Assembly (NCBI GenBank): GCA_046351535.1
Contig: JAXLYG010000005.1
Coordinates: 37,334 to 101,333, forward strand
DNA length: 64,000 nt
DNA from: Polyangiales bacterium
Lineage (GTDB): Bacteria; Myxococcota_A; Polyangia; Polyangiales; Ga0077539
Direction: 5' to 3'
In this document: one piece after another, positions 9,296-18,904 of the stretch
Layout: each line of letters starts with the position of its first letter
How positions within the stretch are numbered: the first letter of the stretch is position 1
Position numbers and translations under genes: made by a program
The notes under the pieces: generated by a model
Told to the model about the DNA's origin: nothing
The model's input: the letters and a program-made list of their open reading frames with translations, nothing else
Databases searched by the model: none

Positions 9296-10561
9296 TTATC
9301 CGCACATCGAGGTCTGCCGCGAGTCGACGGGGCCCAGACACGCCTTGCGCACCATCGCCAGCGCCACGTACGACGCCTGCCGCTGGATGGCCGTGCGGTC
9401 GCCCACGAAGCGCCGCTCGCACACCTCGGTGCCGCGCGCCGACGAGAGGGCGAAGTACACCGTCCCCACGGGCTTCTCGGGGCTCCCGCCGCTCGGGCCC
9501 GCGATGCCGCTCACGGCCACCGCGAGGTCTGCGCCCGAGATGCGCCGCGCGCCGTCGGCCATCGCGCGCACGCACTCCGACGAGACCGCGCCGTGCCCGA
9601 GCAGCACCTCGCCCGGCACGCGCAGCACGCGCTCCTTGGCGACGTTGGCGTAGACCACCGCGTCGAGGAGGAGGTAATCGCTCGACCCGGGCACCGCCGT
9701 GAGCATCGCGCCGATGAGCCCGCCCGTGCAGCTCTCGGCGACCGCCAGCGTGTAGCTCCTGCTGCGGAGCGCGCGGCCCACGGCGCTCGCGTAGAGGTCG
9801 TCGTCGCCGCCGAAGACCGCGTCGCCGAGGCGCGTCCTCGCGTCGGCCGCGGCGCGCTCGGCGAGGGCCCTGGCGCCGCCCATGTCCTCGCCGCGCGCGA
9901 GGATCTTCACGTCGACCTCCGGGGGCCGCACCCGATACGCCATGGTGACCCCGGGAAAGGCCGCCTCGACGCCCGCGAGCTTCTCGCCCACGACGCTCTC
10001 TCCGAGACCGTAGGTGCGCAGCACGATCTGGTACGTGCGAGGCGTCGCGAGCGCGCCGATGCGACGCACCACGCAGGCATCGAAGATGCGCTCCATCTCC
10101 GCGGGGACGCCGGGCATGAAGAAGCAGTCGGCCTCGCGGATGCGCATGCGAAACGCCGGGGCCATGCCCGCGGGGTTGCCCAGCACCTCGGCCCCTTCGG
10201 GCACCTCGGTCTGCCGCTCGGCCAGGGCCGTGAGGGGCTTTCCGAGGGTCTGAAAGCGGCGCTTGAGGGCCTCGAGCGCGGCCTCGTCGCGCACCACGCC
10301 GACGCCTGCCACCGAGGCCGCCGCGGCCACCGTCACGTCGTCGCTCGTGGGACCGAGGCCGCCCGTGACGAGCACCACCTGGCGCGTCGCGCCGAGGCGC
10401 TCGAGGACGTCACGGATGCTCTCCGCGCGGTCCTCGACGCAGGCCGATCCGCACACCTCGAAGCCGAGCGCGGTGAGGCGCTGCGCGAGCCACGGAGCGT
10501 TGGTGTCGACGATCTCCCCTCGGGTGAGCTCGCTGCCGATCGAAAGGATCGAGGCTTTCAT
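9296..10561 (-). CDS. cinA: CinA-family competence/damage-inducible protein (nicotinamide-nucleotide amidohydrolase).
   Basis: An N-terminal MoCF-binding-like domain (MKASILSIGSELTRGEIVDTN) is followed by the C-terminal CinA/PncC domain, 421 aa in all. Confidence 0.9.
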   Translation of the reverse strand: MKASILSIGSELTRGEIVDTNAPWLAQRLTALGFEVCGSACVEDRAESIRDVLERLGATRQVVLVTGGLGPTSDDVTVAAAASVAGVGVVRDEAALEALKRRFQTLGKPLTALAERQTEVPEGAEVLGNPAGMAPAFRMRIREADCFFMPGVPAEMERIFDACVVRRIGALATPRTYQIVLRTYGLGESVVGEKLAGVEAAFPGVTMAYRVRPPEVDVKILARGEDMGGARALAERAAADARTRLGDAVFGGDDDLYASAVGRALRSRSYTLAVAESCTGGLIGAMLTAVPGSSDYLLLDAVVYANVAKERVLRVPGEVLLGHGAVSSECVRAMADGARRISGADLAVAVSGIAGPSGGSPEKPVGTVYFALSSARGTEVCERRFVGDRTAIQRQASYVALAMVRKACLGPVDSRQTSMCG

Positions 10562-10696
10562 GGTCGGACCGGCGACCGTACGAACGAGCGCGCCCCGCGG
10601 TCAAGCACTCCCGAGGCCTCTCTGACGCGTCGAGCGTGGAATGTCGTGCGGCCCCTTCGAAGCCCTGTGTTAGCGTCGCGAGACGGCTTTTCAGCG

Positions 10697-11449
10697 ATGC
10701 CCTCCCCCGACGCGCCGACGCTGGACTACGACCCCAGGAGCCTCGAGGCGCTGAGCGGCCTCGCGCGGTACCACGCGTGGATCCGCGAGGCCTTCGGCGA
10801 GGTGCTCCGCGGCCGCGTGGCCGAGGTCGGCGCGGGCACCGGGAACTTCAGCGAGACCTGGGTCGACGGGGCCACCGAGGCGACGCTCGTCGAGCCCGCG
10901 CCGCAGCTCCATACGATCCTCGCGAAACGCTTTGAAAATAGGGCTCACGTGAGGGTCGTGGGGGCCACGCTCGAAGGCGCCATCGAGTCCGGCGCGATCG
11001 CGCGGGAGAGCCTCGACGCGCTCGTCATGGTCAACGTGCTCGAGCACGTCGCCGACGACCTCGGGGAGCTTCAACGCGTGCGCTCGACGCTGCGTCCGGG
11101 TGGCGCGGTGGCGCTGTTCGTCCCGGCGATCCAGGCGATCTACGGCTCCCTCGACGCGCTCGTGGGGCATCACCGACGCTACGGGCGCGAGGGCCTCGCC
11201 GCGGTGGTGCGCGACGCGGGCTTCGTCGTCGAGGAGCTCAAATGGTTCGACGTGGCGGGCGTGGTGCCCTGGTGGATCGTCGGAAAGGTGCTGCGCGCGA
11301 AGTCCTTCGGCGGCCCGCTCGGGCCGATCTATGACCGCGTCGTGGTGCCGGTGATGTCCCGCGTCGAGCGCGCGGTGACGCCGCCTCTCGGAAAGAACCT
11401 CCTGTGCGTCGCGCGGGCTCCGGCCTCGCGCGGCGCCACCAAGACATGA
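10697..11449 (+). CDS. Class I SAM-dependent methyltransferase.
   Basis: It has a GxGxG SAM motif ([12 protein letters not shown]) and MTase motif II ([13 protein letters not shown]). It is the last 251 codons of a long chimeric ORF, with the ATG at 10697. Confidence 0.7.
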   Translation: MPSPDAPTLDYDPRSLEALSGLARYHAWIREAFGEVLRGRVAEVGAGTGNFSETWVDGATEATLVEPAPQLHTILAKRFENRAHVRVVGATLEGAIESGAIARESLDALVMVNVLEHVADDLGELQRVRSTLRPGGAVALFVPAIQAIYGSLDALVGHHRRYGREGLAAVVRDAGFVVEELKWFDVAGVVPWWIVGKVLRAKSFGGPLGPIYDRVVVPVMSRVERAVTPPLGKNLLCVARAPASRGATKT

Positions 11450-11463
11450 CAGAGGGAAGCGCG

Positions 11464-12156
11464 ATGAAGCTGTCGGTGGTGATGCCCTGCTTCAACGAGC
11501 GGGCGACGGTGCGCGAGATCGTCGGGCGCGTGCTCGTTCAGCCCTACGACATCGAGCTCATCATCGTCGATGACGGGAGCACCGACGGCACGCGCGAGAT
11601 CCTCGCCGAGCTCGCCGCGGGAGACCCCCGCGTGAAGCCCTACCTCCAGCCGCAGAACCGCGGCAAGGGGGCGGCGCTGCACCGCGGCTTCGCCGAGGCC
11701 ACGGGCGACCTGGTGCTCATTCAAGACGCCGACCTCGAGTACGACCCCGACGACTACGCCGAGCTCCTCAAGCCCATCTTCGACGGCAAGGCCGACGTGG
11801 TCTACGGCTCGCGCTTCCTCCACGGGCCGAGGCGCGTGCTCTATTACTGGCACTCCATCGCGAACCACGCGCTCACCACGATGAGCAACGTGGTGAGCAA
11901 CCTCAACCTCACCGACATGGAGACCTGTTACAAGGTCTTCCGCCGCGAGGTCCTCTCGCAGATCAACCTTCAAGAAGAGCGCTTCGGCTTCGAGCCCGAG
12001 GTGACCGTGAAGGTCTCTCGCATCCCCGGCGTGCGCATCTGGGAGGTGCCCATCTCGTACAACGGCCGCACCTACGCCGAGGGCAAGAAGATCGGCCTCA
12101 AGGACGCCGTGCGCGCCGTGTGGGTGCTCGCGCGTCACAGCGTCCCGAGGCTCTGA
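11464..12156 (+). CDS. Family-2 glycosyltransferase, dolichyl/polyprenyl-phosphate sugar transferase-like.
   Basis: It has the GT2 motifs ([25 protein letters not shown]), and the start was chosen at MKLSVVMP. Confidence 0.8.
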   Translation: MKLSVVMPCFNERATVREIVGRVLVQPYDIELIIVDDGSTDGTREILAELAAGDPRVKPYLQPQNRGKGAALHRGFAEATGDLVLIQDADLEYDPDDYAELLKPIFDGKADVVYGSRFLHGPRRVLYYWHSIANHALTTMSNVVSNLNLTDMETCYKVFRREVLSQINLQEERFGFEPEVTVKVSRIPGVRIWEVPISYNGRTYAEGKKIGLKDAVRAVWVLARHSVPRL

Positions 12157-12163
12157 GCGGTCG

Positions 12164-14464
12164 CTACTTCTTCAAGAGCCGCTCGAACGCGTTGTTCTTG
12201 AACTGCGCCTGCGGTGCGGGCTTCGGCGGTTGTTGAGGTCCGCGGTTGCCGCGGCGGTCGTCGCGCTGCGAGGGCTGCTGCGGCTGCGGTCGACCCGAGG
12301 CGCCCGCGACGTTGCCCGTGGCGCCGCCGCCCGACTTCGCCGTGAGGCTGATGCGCTTGCGCGCGAGGTCGACCTCGAGCACGCGGACCTTGATGCGATC
12401 GCCCGGCCGCACGACCTCGGCGGGGTCTTTCACGAAGCGGTCTGCGAGCTGCGAGACGTGCACGAGGCCGTCTTGATGGACCCCGATGTCGACGAAGGCC
12501 CCGAAGGCCGTGACGTTGGTCACCACGCCTTCGAGCTGCATCCCGGGCTTGAGGTCCTCCATCGAGCGCACGTCGTCGCGGAACTTCGGCGCTTCGAACT
12601 CGGCGCGGGGGTCCGCCGCGGGGCGCTTGAGCTCCTCGACGATGTCGCGCAGGGTGAACTCTCCGACGTCGCCCTGGACGTACTTCTGCCACTGCACCCG
12701 CGACGCGAGCGAGGCGTTGCCCACGAGGGTCGCCAGCTCGACGCCGAGGTCCTTCGCGATGTGCTCGACGACGGCGTACCGCTCGGGGTGCACGGCGGAC
12801 CTGTCGAGGGGGTGCTCGCCGTCACGGATGCGAAGGAATCCCGCGGCCTGTTCGAAGGTCTTGGGCCCGAGGCCCGACACGTCGAGCACCTGCCTGCGCG
12901 AGCGGAAGGGGCCGTTGGCGTCGCGGTGCTGCACGATGCGCTTCGCGAGCGTGGGGCCGATGCCCGCGACGTATCCGAGCAGCGACGCGCTCGCGGTGTT
13001 GAGCTCGACGCCCACGGAGTTCACGCAGCTCTCGACCACCTCGTCGAGCTTCTTGGCGAGGAGCGGCTGAAACACGTCGTGCTGGTACTGCCCCACGCCG
13101 ATGGACTTGGGGTCGACCTTCACCAGCTCGGCCAGCGGGTCTTGAAGCCTCCGCGCGATCGAGATGGCCCCGCGCACCGTGAGGTCGAGGTCGGGGAACT
13201 CCTCGCGCGCCACCTCCGACGCCGAGTACACGCTCGCGCCCGCCTCGTTGACCATCACCGTGAGCACGGCGCTGTCTTTACCGAGCGCCTCGCGCACGAA
13301 GGCCTCGGTCTCGCGCCCGTGCGTGCCGTTGCCGACGGCCACGGCCGAGGGCTTGTAGCGCTCGACGAGCTTCTGAAGCGTCTGACGGCTGCGCTCGAGG
13401 GCGCCGTCGCCCTGCACGAGCATCAGCACCGTGTGTTCGAGCATGCGCCCCGTGGCGTCGACGACGGCGAGCTTGCAGCCCGTGCGCTGCCCCGGGTCGA
13501 TGCCGATGACGGGCTTTCCGCCGAGCGGCGCGGCGAGGAGCAGCGCGCGGAGGTTCTGCGCGAAGACGTCGACGGCGTCGCGGTCTGCGTGGAGCTTCAT
13601 CTCGACGCGCACCTCGCTCTCGACGGAGGGGGCGAGGAGGCGCTTCCACGCGTCGCTGATGGCCGCGTCGAGCTCGTGGGCCCACGGCGATGAAGACCTG
13701 CGGCCCGCCATCGCGGCGACCTCGCGGAGCGCGTTCTCGACGTCGACCTCGACCTCGGCGCGGAGCACGTTCTCGGCCTCTCCGCGGCGCACGGCGAGGT
13801 AGCGGTGCGAGGGGATCTGCGCGCAGCCCTCGCGGAAGTCGTAGTACATCTCGAACTTGGTGGGGCCGCTCACCTCGGGGGCCTTCGTCACCACGAGCGT
13901 CCCCTGCTTGAGGAAGAGCTCGCGCGCGTAGCCGCGCACCTCGGCGCGCTCGGCCACGGCCTCGGCGACGATGTCACGCGCGCCCTGGAGCGCTTCTTTG
14001 ATCGTGGCGACGCCCTTGTCGACGCTCACGAACGCGTTGGCCTCCGCGGTGGGATCGCCGTCGAGGGGTTGCGCGAGGATGCGCTGCGCGAGGGGGTCGA
14101 GGCCCTTCTCGCGGGCGATCATGGCGCGCGTGCGGCGCTTGGGCTTGTAGGGCAGGTAGATGTCTTCGAGGTCGCTCTTGACGAGGCACTGCTCGATCTT
14201 CGCGCGGAGCTCGGGGGTGAGCTTGCCCTGCTTTTCGATCTCTTCGAGGATGGTCTTCTTGCGCTCCTCGAGCTCGCGGAGGTAGCCGTGGCGCTCCTCG
14301 ATGGCGCGGATCTGCACCTCGTCGAGGCCGCCGGTGGCCTCCTTGCGGTAGCGCGCGATGAAGGGGACCGTCGCGCCGCCCGTGAGGAGCTCGACGACGG
14401 CGCGCACGCCGTGGCCGGGGATCGAGAGTTCCTGTGCGATGACTGCGTTGAGGTCGAGGGACAT
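12164..14464 (-). CDS. tex: Transcription accessory protein Tex.
   Basis: The 766-aa protein has YqgF/RNaseH-like, HhH and C-terminal S1 domains in the Tex domain order. Confidence 0.9.
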   Translation of the reverse strand: MSLDLNAVIAQELSIPGHGVRAVVELLTGGATVPFIARYRKEATGGLDEVQIRAIEERHGYLRELEERKKTILEEIEKQGKLTPELRAKIEQCLVKSDLEDIYLPYKPKRRTRAMIAREKGLDPLAQRILAQPLDGDPTAEANAFVSVDKGVATIKEALQGARDIVAEAVAERAEVRGYARELFLKQGTLVVTKAPEVSGPTKFEMYYDFREGCAQIPSHRYLAVRRGEAENVLRAEVEVDVENALREVAAMAGRRSSSPWAHELDAAISDAWKRLLAPSVESEVRVEMKLHADRDAVDVFAQNLRALLLAAPLGGKPVIGIDPGQRTGCKLAVVDATGRMLEHTVLMLVQGDGALERSRQTLQKLVERYKPSAVAVGNGTHGRETEAFVREALGKDSAVLTVMVNEAGASVYSASEVAREEFPDLDLTVRGAISIARRLQDPLAELVKVDPKSIGVGQYQHDVFQPLLAKKLDEVVESCVNSVGVELNTASASLLGYVAGIGPTLAKRIVQHRDANGPFRSRRQVLDVSGLGPKTFEQAAGFLRIRDGEHPLDRSAVHPERYAVVEHIAKDLGVELATLVGNASLASRVQWQKYVQGDVGEFTLRDIVEELKRPAADPRAEFEAPKFRDDVRSMEDLKPGMQLEGVVTNVTAFGAFVDIGVHQDGLVHVSQLADRFVKDPAEVVRPGDRIKVRVLEVDLARKRISLTAKSGGGATGNVAGASGRPQPQQPSQRDDRRGNRGPQQPPKPAPQAQFKNNAFERLLKK

Positions 14465-14660
14465 TGCGCGTGCGAGCTCCGTCGTTCGAGGGGCGGTAAC
14501 GGTCCGAAGGGGGGGCGGAACCTATAGAGAACTCACCCCGTGCTGTGCAACCGCCGTCGTCGCCCCCGGGACGTAGCCTGACGCCCATCGTTTGATTGCC
14601 CGCGCGGAGATCGCCCGTGGCATCGTCGCGCCCGTGAGTTCCACGGCCTCGCACCGCGAC

Positions 14661-16007
14661 ATGGCGCTGCTCTACGTCGACGACGAGCCGATGAACCTCG
14701 AGCTCTTCAGGCTCAACTTCAGCGACGACTTCAAGGTGCTCACCGCGAACGGCGGCAAGGAGGCCCTCGCGGTGCTCGAGCGCGAAGACGTGGGGCTGCT
14801 CCTCTCCGACGAGCGCATGCCCGACCTGTCGGGCGCCGAGCTCCTCGCGCGCGTGTCGGAGCGCTGGCCCGACGTGATGCGCGTGATCGTGTCGGCCTAC
14901 AGCGACTCGGCGCGGCTGCTCCGCGCGATGAACCTCGGCCACGCCCACGAGTACGTGCTCAAGCCCTGGGACCGCGACGAGCTCGCGGGCTGCATCGACC
15001 GCGCCCTCGCGATGGCCGCGCGGCGCAGGCAGCTCCAGCGCCGCGCCTCGATGGCCGACGCCCTCGCAGAAGACCTCCGCGCGCCCGCCGCGCCCGACGG
15101 GATCGTCGGGAGTTCTCCGTCGTTCAGGGCCGTGCTCGCCTCCGCGCGCAGGGCCGCCGCGAGCGACGCCACGGTGCTCCTCCGCGGCGAGACGGGCACG
15201 GGCAAGGAGCTCGTGGCGAGGCTCGTCCACGAGTCGAGCGGTCGCGCGTCGGGGCCCTTCATCCGCGTGAACTGCGCGTCGCTCGCGGAGGGCGTGCTCC
15301 AGAGCGAGCTCTTCGGCCACGAGCAGGGGGCCTTCACGGGCGCCGTGAAGACGCGCCGCGGGCGCTTCGAACTGGCCCACGGGGGGACGATCTTCCTCGA
15401 CGAGATCGGCGACATCCCCGCGCTCACGCAGGTGAGCCTCCTGCGCGTGTTGCAGGAGCGCGAGGTCGAGCGCGTGGGCGGGAGCCGCCCCGTGAGCGTC
15501 GACGTGCGCGTCGTGGCCGCGACGCACCGCGACCTCGAGAAGATGGTCGCCGAGGGGCAGTTTCGCGCGGACCTCTTCTACCGCCTCAACGTCGTCCCGC
15601 TGCGCCTCCCGCCGCTCCGGGAGCGGCCCGATGACGTTCCCGCGCTCGTGGAGTCGTTCGTCGCGCGTCACGCGAAGCGCGCGGGGCGCGACACCCCGAG
15701 GGTCACCGCCGACGCGATGGAGGCCCTCTCGCGCTACTCGTGGCCCGGCAACGTGCGCGAGCTCGAGAACGCCGTCGAGCGCGCCCTCGTGCTCTCGCAG
15801 GGCCCCGAGCTCACGCTCGAAGACTTCTCGTTCGACCTCGGCGCGCGCTTCGTCGACTCGGCCCGCGAGCAGGCGCAGCAGTCCGAGGCCTCGGAGCTGC
15901 GCGCGCTGCTCCTCGCCCACGGCGGCAACGTCGCCCGCGCCGCGCGGGAGCTCAACATCGCGCGCACCACGCTCATCAGCCGCGCGAAGAAGCACGGGCT
16001 GCTGTGA
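14661..16007 (+). CDS. Sigma54-dependent response regulator (NtrC family).
   Basis: It has a receiver domain (…LLLSDERMPDLSG…), an AAA+ sigma54-interaction domain (GETGTGKE, GAFTGA, ESELFGHE) and a C-terminal Fis-type HTH. Confidence 0.9.
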   Translation: MALLYVDDEPMNLELFRLNFSDDFKVLTANGGKEALAVLEREDVGLLLSDERMPDLSGAELLARVSERWPDVMRVIVSAYSDSARLLRAMNLGHAHEYVLKPWDRDELAGCIDRALAMAARRRQLQRRASMADALAEDLRAPAAPDGIVGSSPSFRAVLASARRAAASDATVLLRGETGTGKELVARLVHESSGRASGPFIRVNCASLAEGVLQSELFGHEQGAFTGAVKTRRGRFELAHGGTIFLDEIGDIPALTQVSLLRVLQEREVERVGGSRPVSVDVRVVAATHRDLEKMVAEGQFRADLFYRLNVVPLRLPPLRERPDDVPALVESFVARHAKRAGRDTPRVTADAMEALSRYSWPGNVRELENAVERALVLSQGPELTLEDFSFDLGARFVDSAREQAQQSEASELRALLLAHGGNVARAARELNIARTTLISRAKKHGLL

Positions 16008-18049
16008 GCCTCCGCGGGGCGGCCCTCGCCCTCGCCCTCGCGGTCGCGCCCTCGCTCGTCGGCGCCGATCCCCTCGCGCTCTCGGACAACACCGCGGGCG
16101 CAGCCCTCGCGCCGCACTGCGAGCTCCTCCGCGACCCGCGCGGAACGCTCGACGCGCGCGCCGTGCTCGCGCACCGGGGCGCCGTTCCGGTGCGCGGCGA
16201 CGGCGTCGAGATCGGCTTCACGGGTGACACGGTCTGGCTCCGCTGCCGCGTGCGAAACCGCGGGCGCGCGCGGGGCGAGTGGCTCGTCGACGTGGGGGGC
16301 CAGCTCGACCGCGTCGACGTGATCACCGAGCGCGACGGTGCGCTGCGCGTCGAGCGCGGAGGCCGGCTGCGCCCCCGCGTCGACGTCGAGGTGTCGTACA
16401 CGTCGTTCGTGTCGCGCGCGCTCGTCGACGGCGGCGCCGAGGCGCCGGTCTTGATCCGCGTGCGCAGCGACGCGCCGGTGGTGCTCCGGCCGCGCGTGTG
16501 GAGCGCCCACGCCTTCGTCGACCACGCGCTGCGCGAGGTCTTCGTGATGGGGCTCTTCTACGGGCTCCTGCTCGTGGTGCTGGCCTACAACGTGAGCCTC
16601 TACGCCTCGACGCGGCAGCGCATCTACCGCCTCTACACGGCCTTCGTGGGGACCCTGCTGCTCTTCGCGCTCGTGGTCGACCAGCTCGTGGTGACCTTCG
16701 TCACGCCGCGCGACGCCGCGTGGCAGGCGACGTCGGGCGTGCGCTTCGGGACCCTCGCGGCGCTCGCGTCCATCGCGTTCACGCGCGCGTACCTCGACAC
16801 GCCGCGGCTGCTCCCTCGCGCCGACCGCGCGGCGGGCGCCGTCGACGCGGCGCTCGTGGCGCTCTTCGCGTCGACGTTCGCGTCGAACTCGGTGCTCTTC
16901 AAGAAGGCCGCGATGGCCGTGTCGGCGCCGGCCCTCGTCGCGCTCTTCGTCGCGGCGATCCTCTGCTGGCGAAAGGGGAGCCGCGAGGCGCCGTGGTTCC
17001 TCCTCGGGTGGACGGTGTCGACGGGGGGCTTCCTCGTGCGGGGCGCGGTGCAGGTGGGCGCCGTGCCGATGAGCACGGTCACCGAGAACGCGTGGCGCGC
17101 GGGGCTGATCTTCAACGTGGCGCTCCTCTCGCTCGGCCTCGCGGCCCGCGTGCGCGCCCTCCACGACGAGAAGGAGCGCGCGCAGTCGGACCTCCTCGCG
17201 GACCGCGAGGCCATGACCGCGCGCCTCGAGTCGCTCGTGGCCGTGCGCACCCGCGAGCTCGAGGCCGCGATGCGAGACCTCACCGAGGCGCAGCGCGCGA
17301 TGTCGCACCAGAAGCGCGCGGCCTCGCTCGGGCAGCTCGCCGCCGCGCTCGCGCACGAGGTCGCCAACCCGCTGAACTTCACCGCGGGCGGCGCCGCCGA
17401 GCTGGCGCGGCGCGTCGAGGCGCTCAAGGTCGCCCTCGAAGGGCTCGACGCGAGGCACCCCGACGACCCCGACCTCGGCAGGGCCCGCATCGCCCTCGCG
17501 GGCGCGCGCAAATCGCTGGAGCTCGTGCAGGGCGGCAACGCGCGCATCCGGTCGGTGGTCGACAGCCTCCGCGCGTACATGCGCTCGGGGGCCGCGGAGC
17601 CCGAGGCCGTCGACGTGATGGAGGCCGTGCGCTCGACGCTGCGGCTCATGGAGTCGAAGCTCGCCGCGCAGCGCGTCGAGGTGACGGTGACGGGCGACGA
17701 CCTCCCGCGCGTGCGGGGGCGCACGGGCGAGCTCTGTCAGGTGTTCATGAACCTCATGCTCAACGCCGCGCAGGCGATGCCCGACGGGGGCGCGATCACG
17801 GTCACGGGCGTCGCGTCGGGCGCGCGCGTCGAGGTGGTGATCGCAGACACGGGGCCGGGGATTCCCCCCGAGCGGAGGAGCGCGGTGTTCGATCCGTTCT
17901 TCACGACGCGGGGCGACGAGGGAGGGACGGGGCTCGGGCTCTCGATCAGCCACGAGATCGTGCGGCGCCTCGGGGGTGAGCTCAGCCTCGCGGAGAGCGA
18001 GGTGGGCGCGACCTTCGTGGTGAGGCTCCAGCCGTGGGAGGAGGCGTGA
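16004..18049 (+). CDS. Sensor histidine kinase of the 7TMR-DISM type.
   Basis: A signal peptide and periplasmic 7TMR-DISMED2-like domain are followed by 7 TM helices, HisKA (LAHEVANPLN) and HATPase_c (DTGPGIPPE…GTGLGL). The GTG start overlaps the regulator's stop as GTGA. Confidence 0.85.
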   Translation: MSLRGAALALALAVAPSLVGADPLALSDNTAGAALAPHCELLRDPRGTLDARAVLAHRGAVPVRGDGVEIGFTGDTVWLRCRVRNRGRARGEWLVDVGGQLDRVDVITERDGALRVERGGRLRPRVDVEVSYTSFVSRALVDGGAEAPVLIRVRSDAPVVLRPRVWSAHAFVDHALREVFVMGLFYGLLLVVLAYNVSLYASTRQRIYRLYTAFVGTLLLFALVVDQLVVTFVTPRDAAWQATSGVRFGTLAALASIAFTRAYLDTPRLLPRADRAAGAVDAALVALFASTFASNSVLFKKAAMAVSAPALVALFVAAILCWRKGSREAPWFLLGWTVSTGGFLVRGAVQVGAVPMSTVTENAWRAGLIFNVALLSLGLAARVRALHDEKERAQSDLLADREAMTARLESLVAVRTRELEAAMRDLTEAQRAMSHQKRAASLGQLAAALAHEVANPLNFTAGGAAELARRVEALKVALEGLDARHPDDPDLGRARIALAGARKSLELVQGGNARIRSVVDSLRAYMRSGAAEPEAVDVMEAVRSTLRLMESKLAAQRVEVTVTGDDLPRVRGRTGELCQVFMNLMLNAAQAMPDGGAITVTGVASGARVEVVIADTGPGIPPERRSAVFDPFFTTRGDEGGTGLGLSISHEIVRRLGGELSLAESEVGATFVVRLQPWEEA

Positions 18050-18050
18050 G

Positions 18051-18659
18051 CTACGCGCCGACGGCGATGCGCTCGCGGGGGGCGCTCTTCATCGGAGGCG
18101 CGGCGTTGTCGTTGGTGGCGTCTTCGAGGCGCAGCGAGATCCCGCTGGCCGACGAGGGGCGGGGCGGACGGCTCGCGCGGGCGTCGCGGTCGAGGCGCGT
18201 GGAGAGGGACTCGGTGGCCTCGTCGAGCGCCGCGAGGGCGTCTTCGATGCCCACGAGCGCGGCGTCGAAGCAGAGCGGGCGCTGCCTCGCGAGGCACACC
18301 ATCACCCTGCCGTACGAGACCTTGCGGCGCGGCGAGCGCTCCGACGCGTGCGCGTCACGGAGCAGCGCCCTGCGCGCGCGGGCCGCCGACGACGACACGG
18401 CGGGCTCCTCGTCGAGCGACGCGGCGGCGATGAGGGCCTCGATGCGGTCGTGGGCGCGGCTCCACGCGGCGCTGAGCTCGTCGGCCGTGGGGCCTTCGCC
18501 GATGAGCGTCGTCACGGGCCAGCGCACCTCGCATTGAACCACCCGACGGCCGCGCGCCTCGTCGAGGGGAACGCCCGTCCACGCCGCGGGCGTCGAGGCG
18601 GTCTCGGCGACGGTGTTGCTCTTCAGCGAGGCGAGCGAGAGGTCGAAGGCGATCAACAT
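18051..18659 (-). CDS. Hypothetical protein.
   Basis: The 202-aa minus frame is protein-like and convergent with the kinase, with no recognisable domain. Confidence 0.35.
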   Translation of the reverse strand: MLIAFDLSLASLKSNTVAETASTPAAWTGVPLDEARGRRVVQCEVRWPVTTLIGEGPTADELSAAWSRAHDRIEALIAAASLDEEPAVSSSAARARRALLRDAHASERSPRRKVSYGRVMVCLARQRPLCFDAALVGIEDALAALDEATESLSTRLDRDARASRPPRPSSASGISLRLEDATNDNAAPPMKSAPRERIAVGA

Positions 18660-18904
18660 AGAGATACGTGCTCCGGTTCAGCGCCCCCGGTTTCGTCAAC
18701 CGTGTGGCGCGACGCTCCTTATGCGGAACACGTGCCGTGCCGAGGACGAACGCGATGCCCCGTGAAGTGCGTAGAAATCTCGAAGAAGCGGAGAAAACGG
18801 GGTGAGTTGAGTCATGAATTTGACGCCCCCCCTGTGACGCATGACGGTTTCATGACACCGCGTCGGCAGCGCTGCCGCAGCCCACGCCGGGAGCCACCCA
18901 ACCG

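Noticed and set aside
9155-11449. A 764-aa plus ORF.
   Set aside because: It is a read-through shadow frame across cinA on the opposite strand. Only the last 251 codons, from the ATG at 10697, form a plausible methyltransferase.
15734-17953. A 739-aa minus ORF.
   Set aside because: It is antisense to the histidine-kinase gene.
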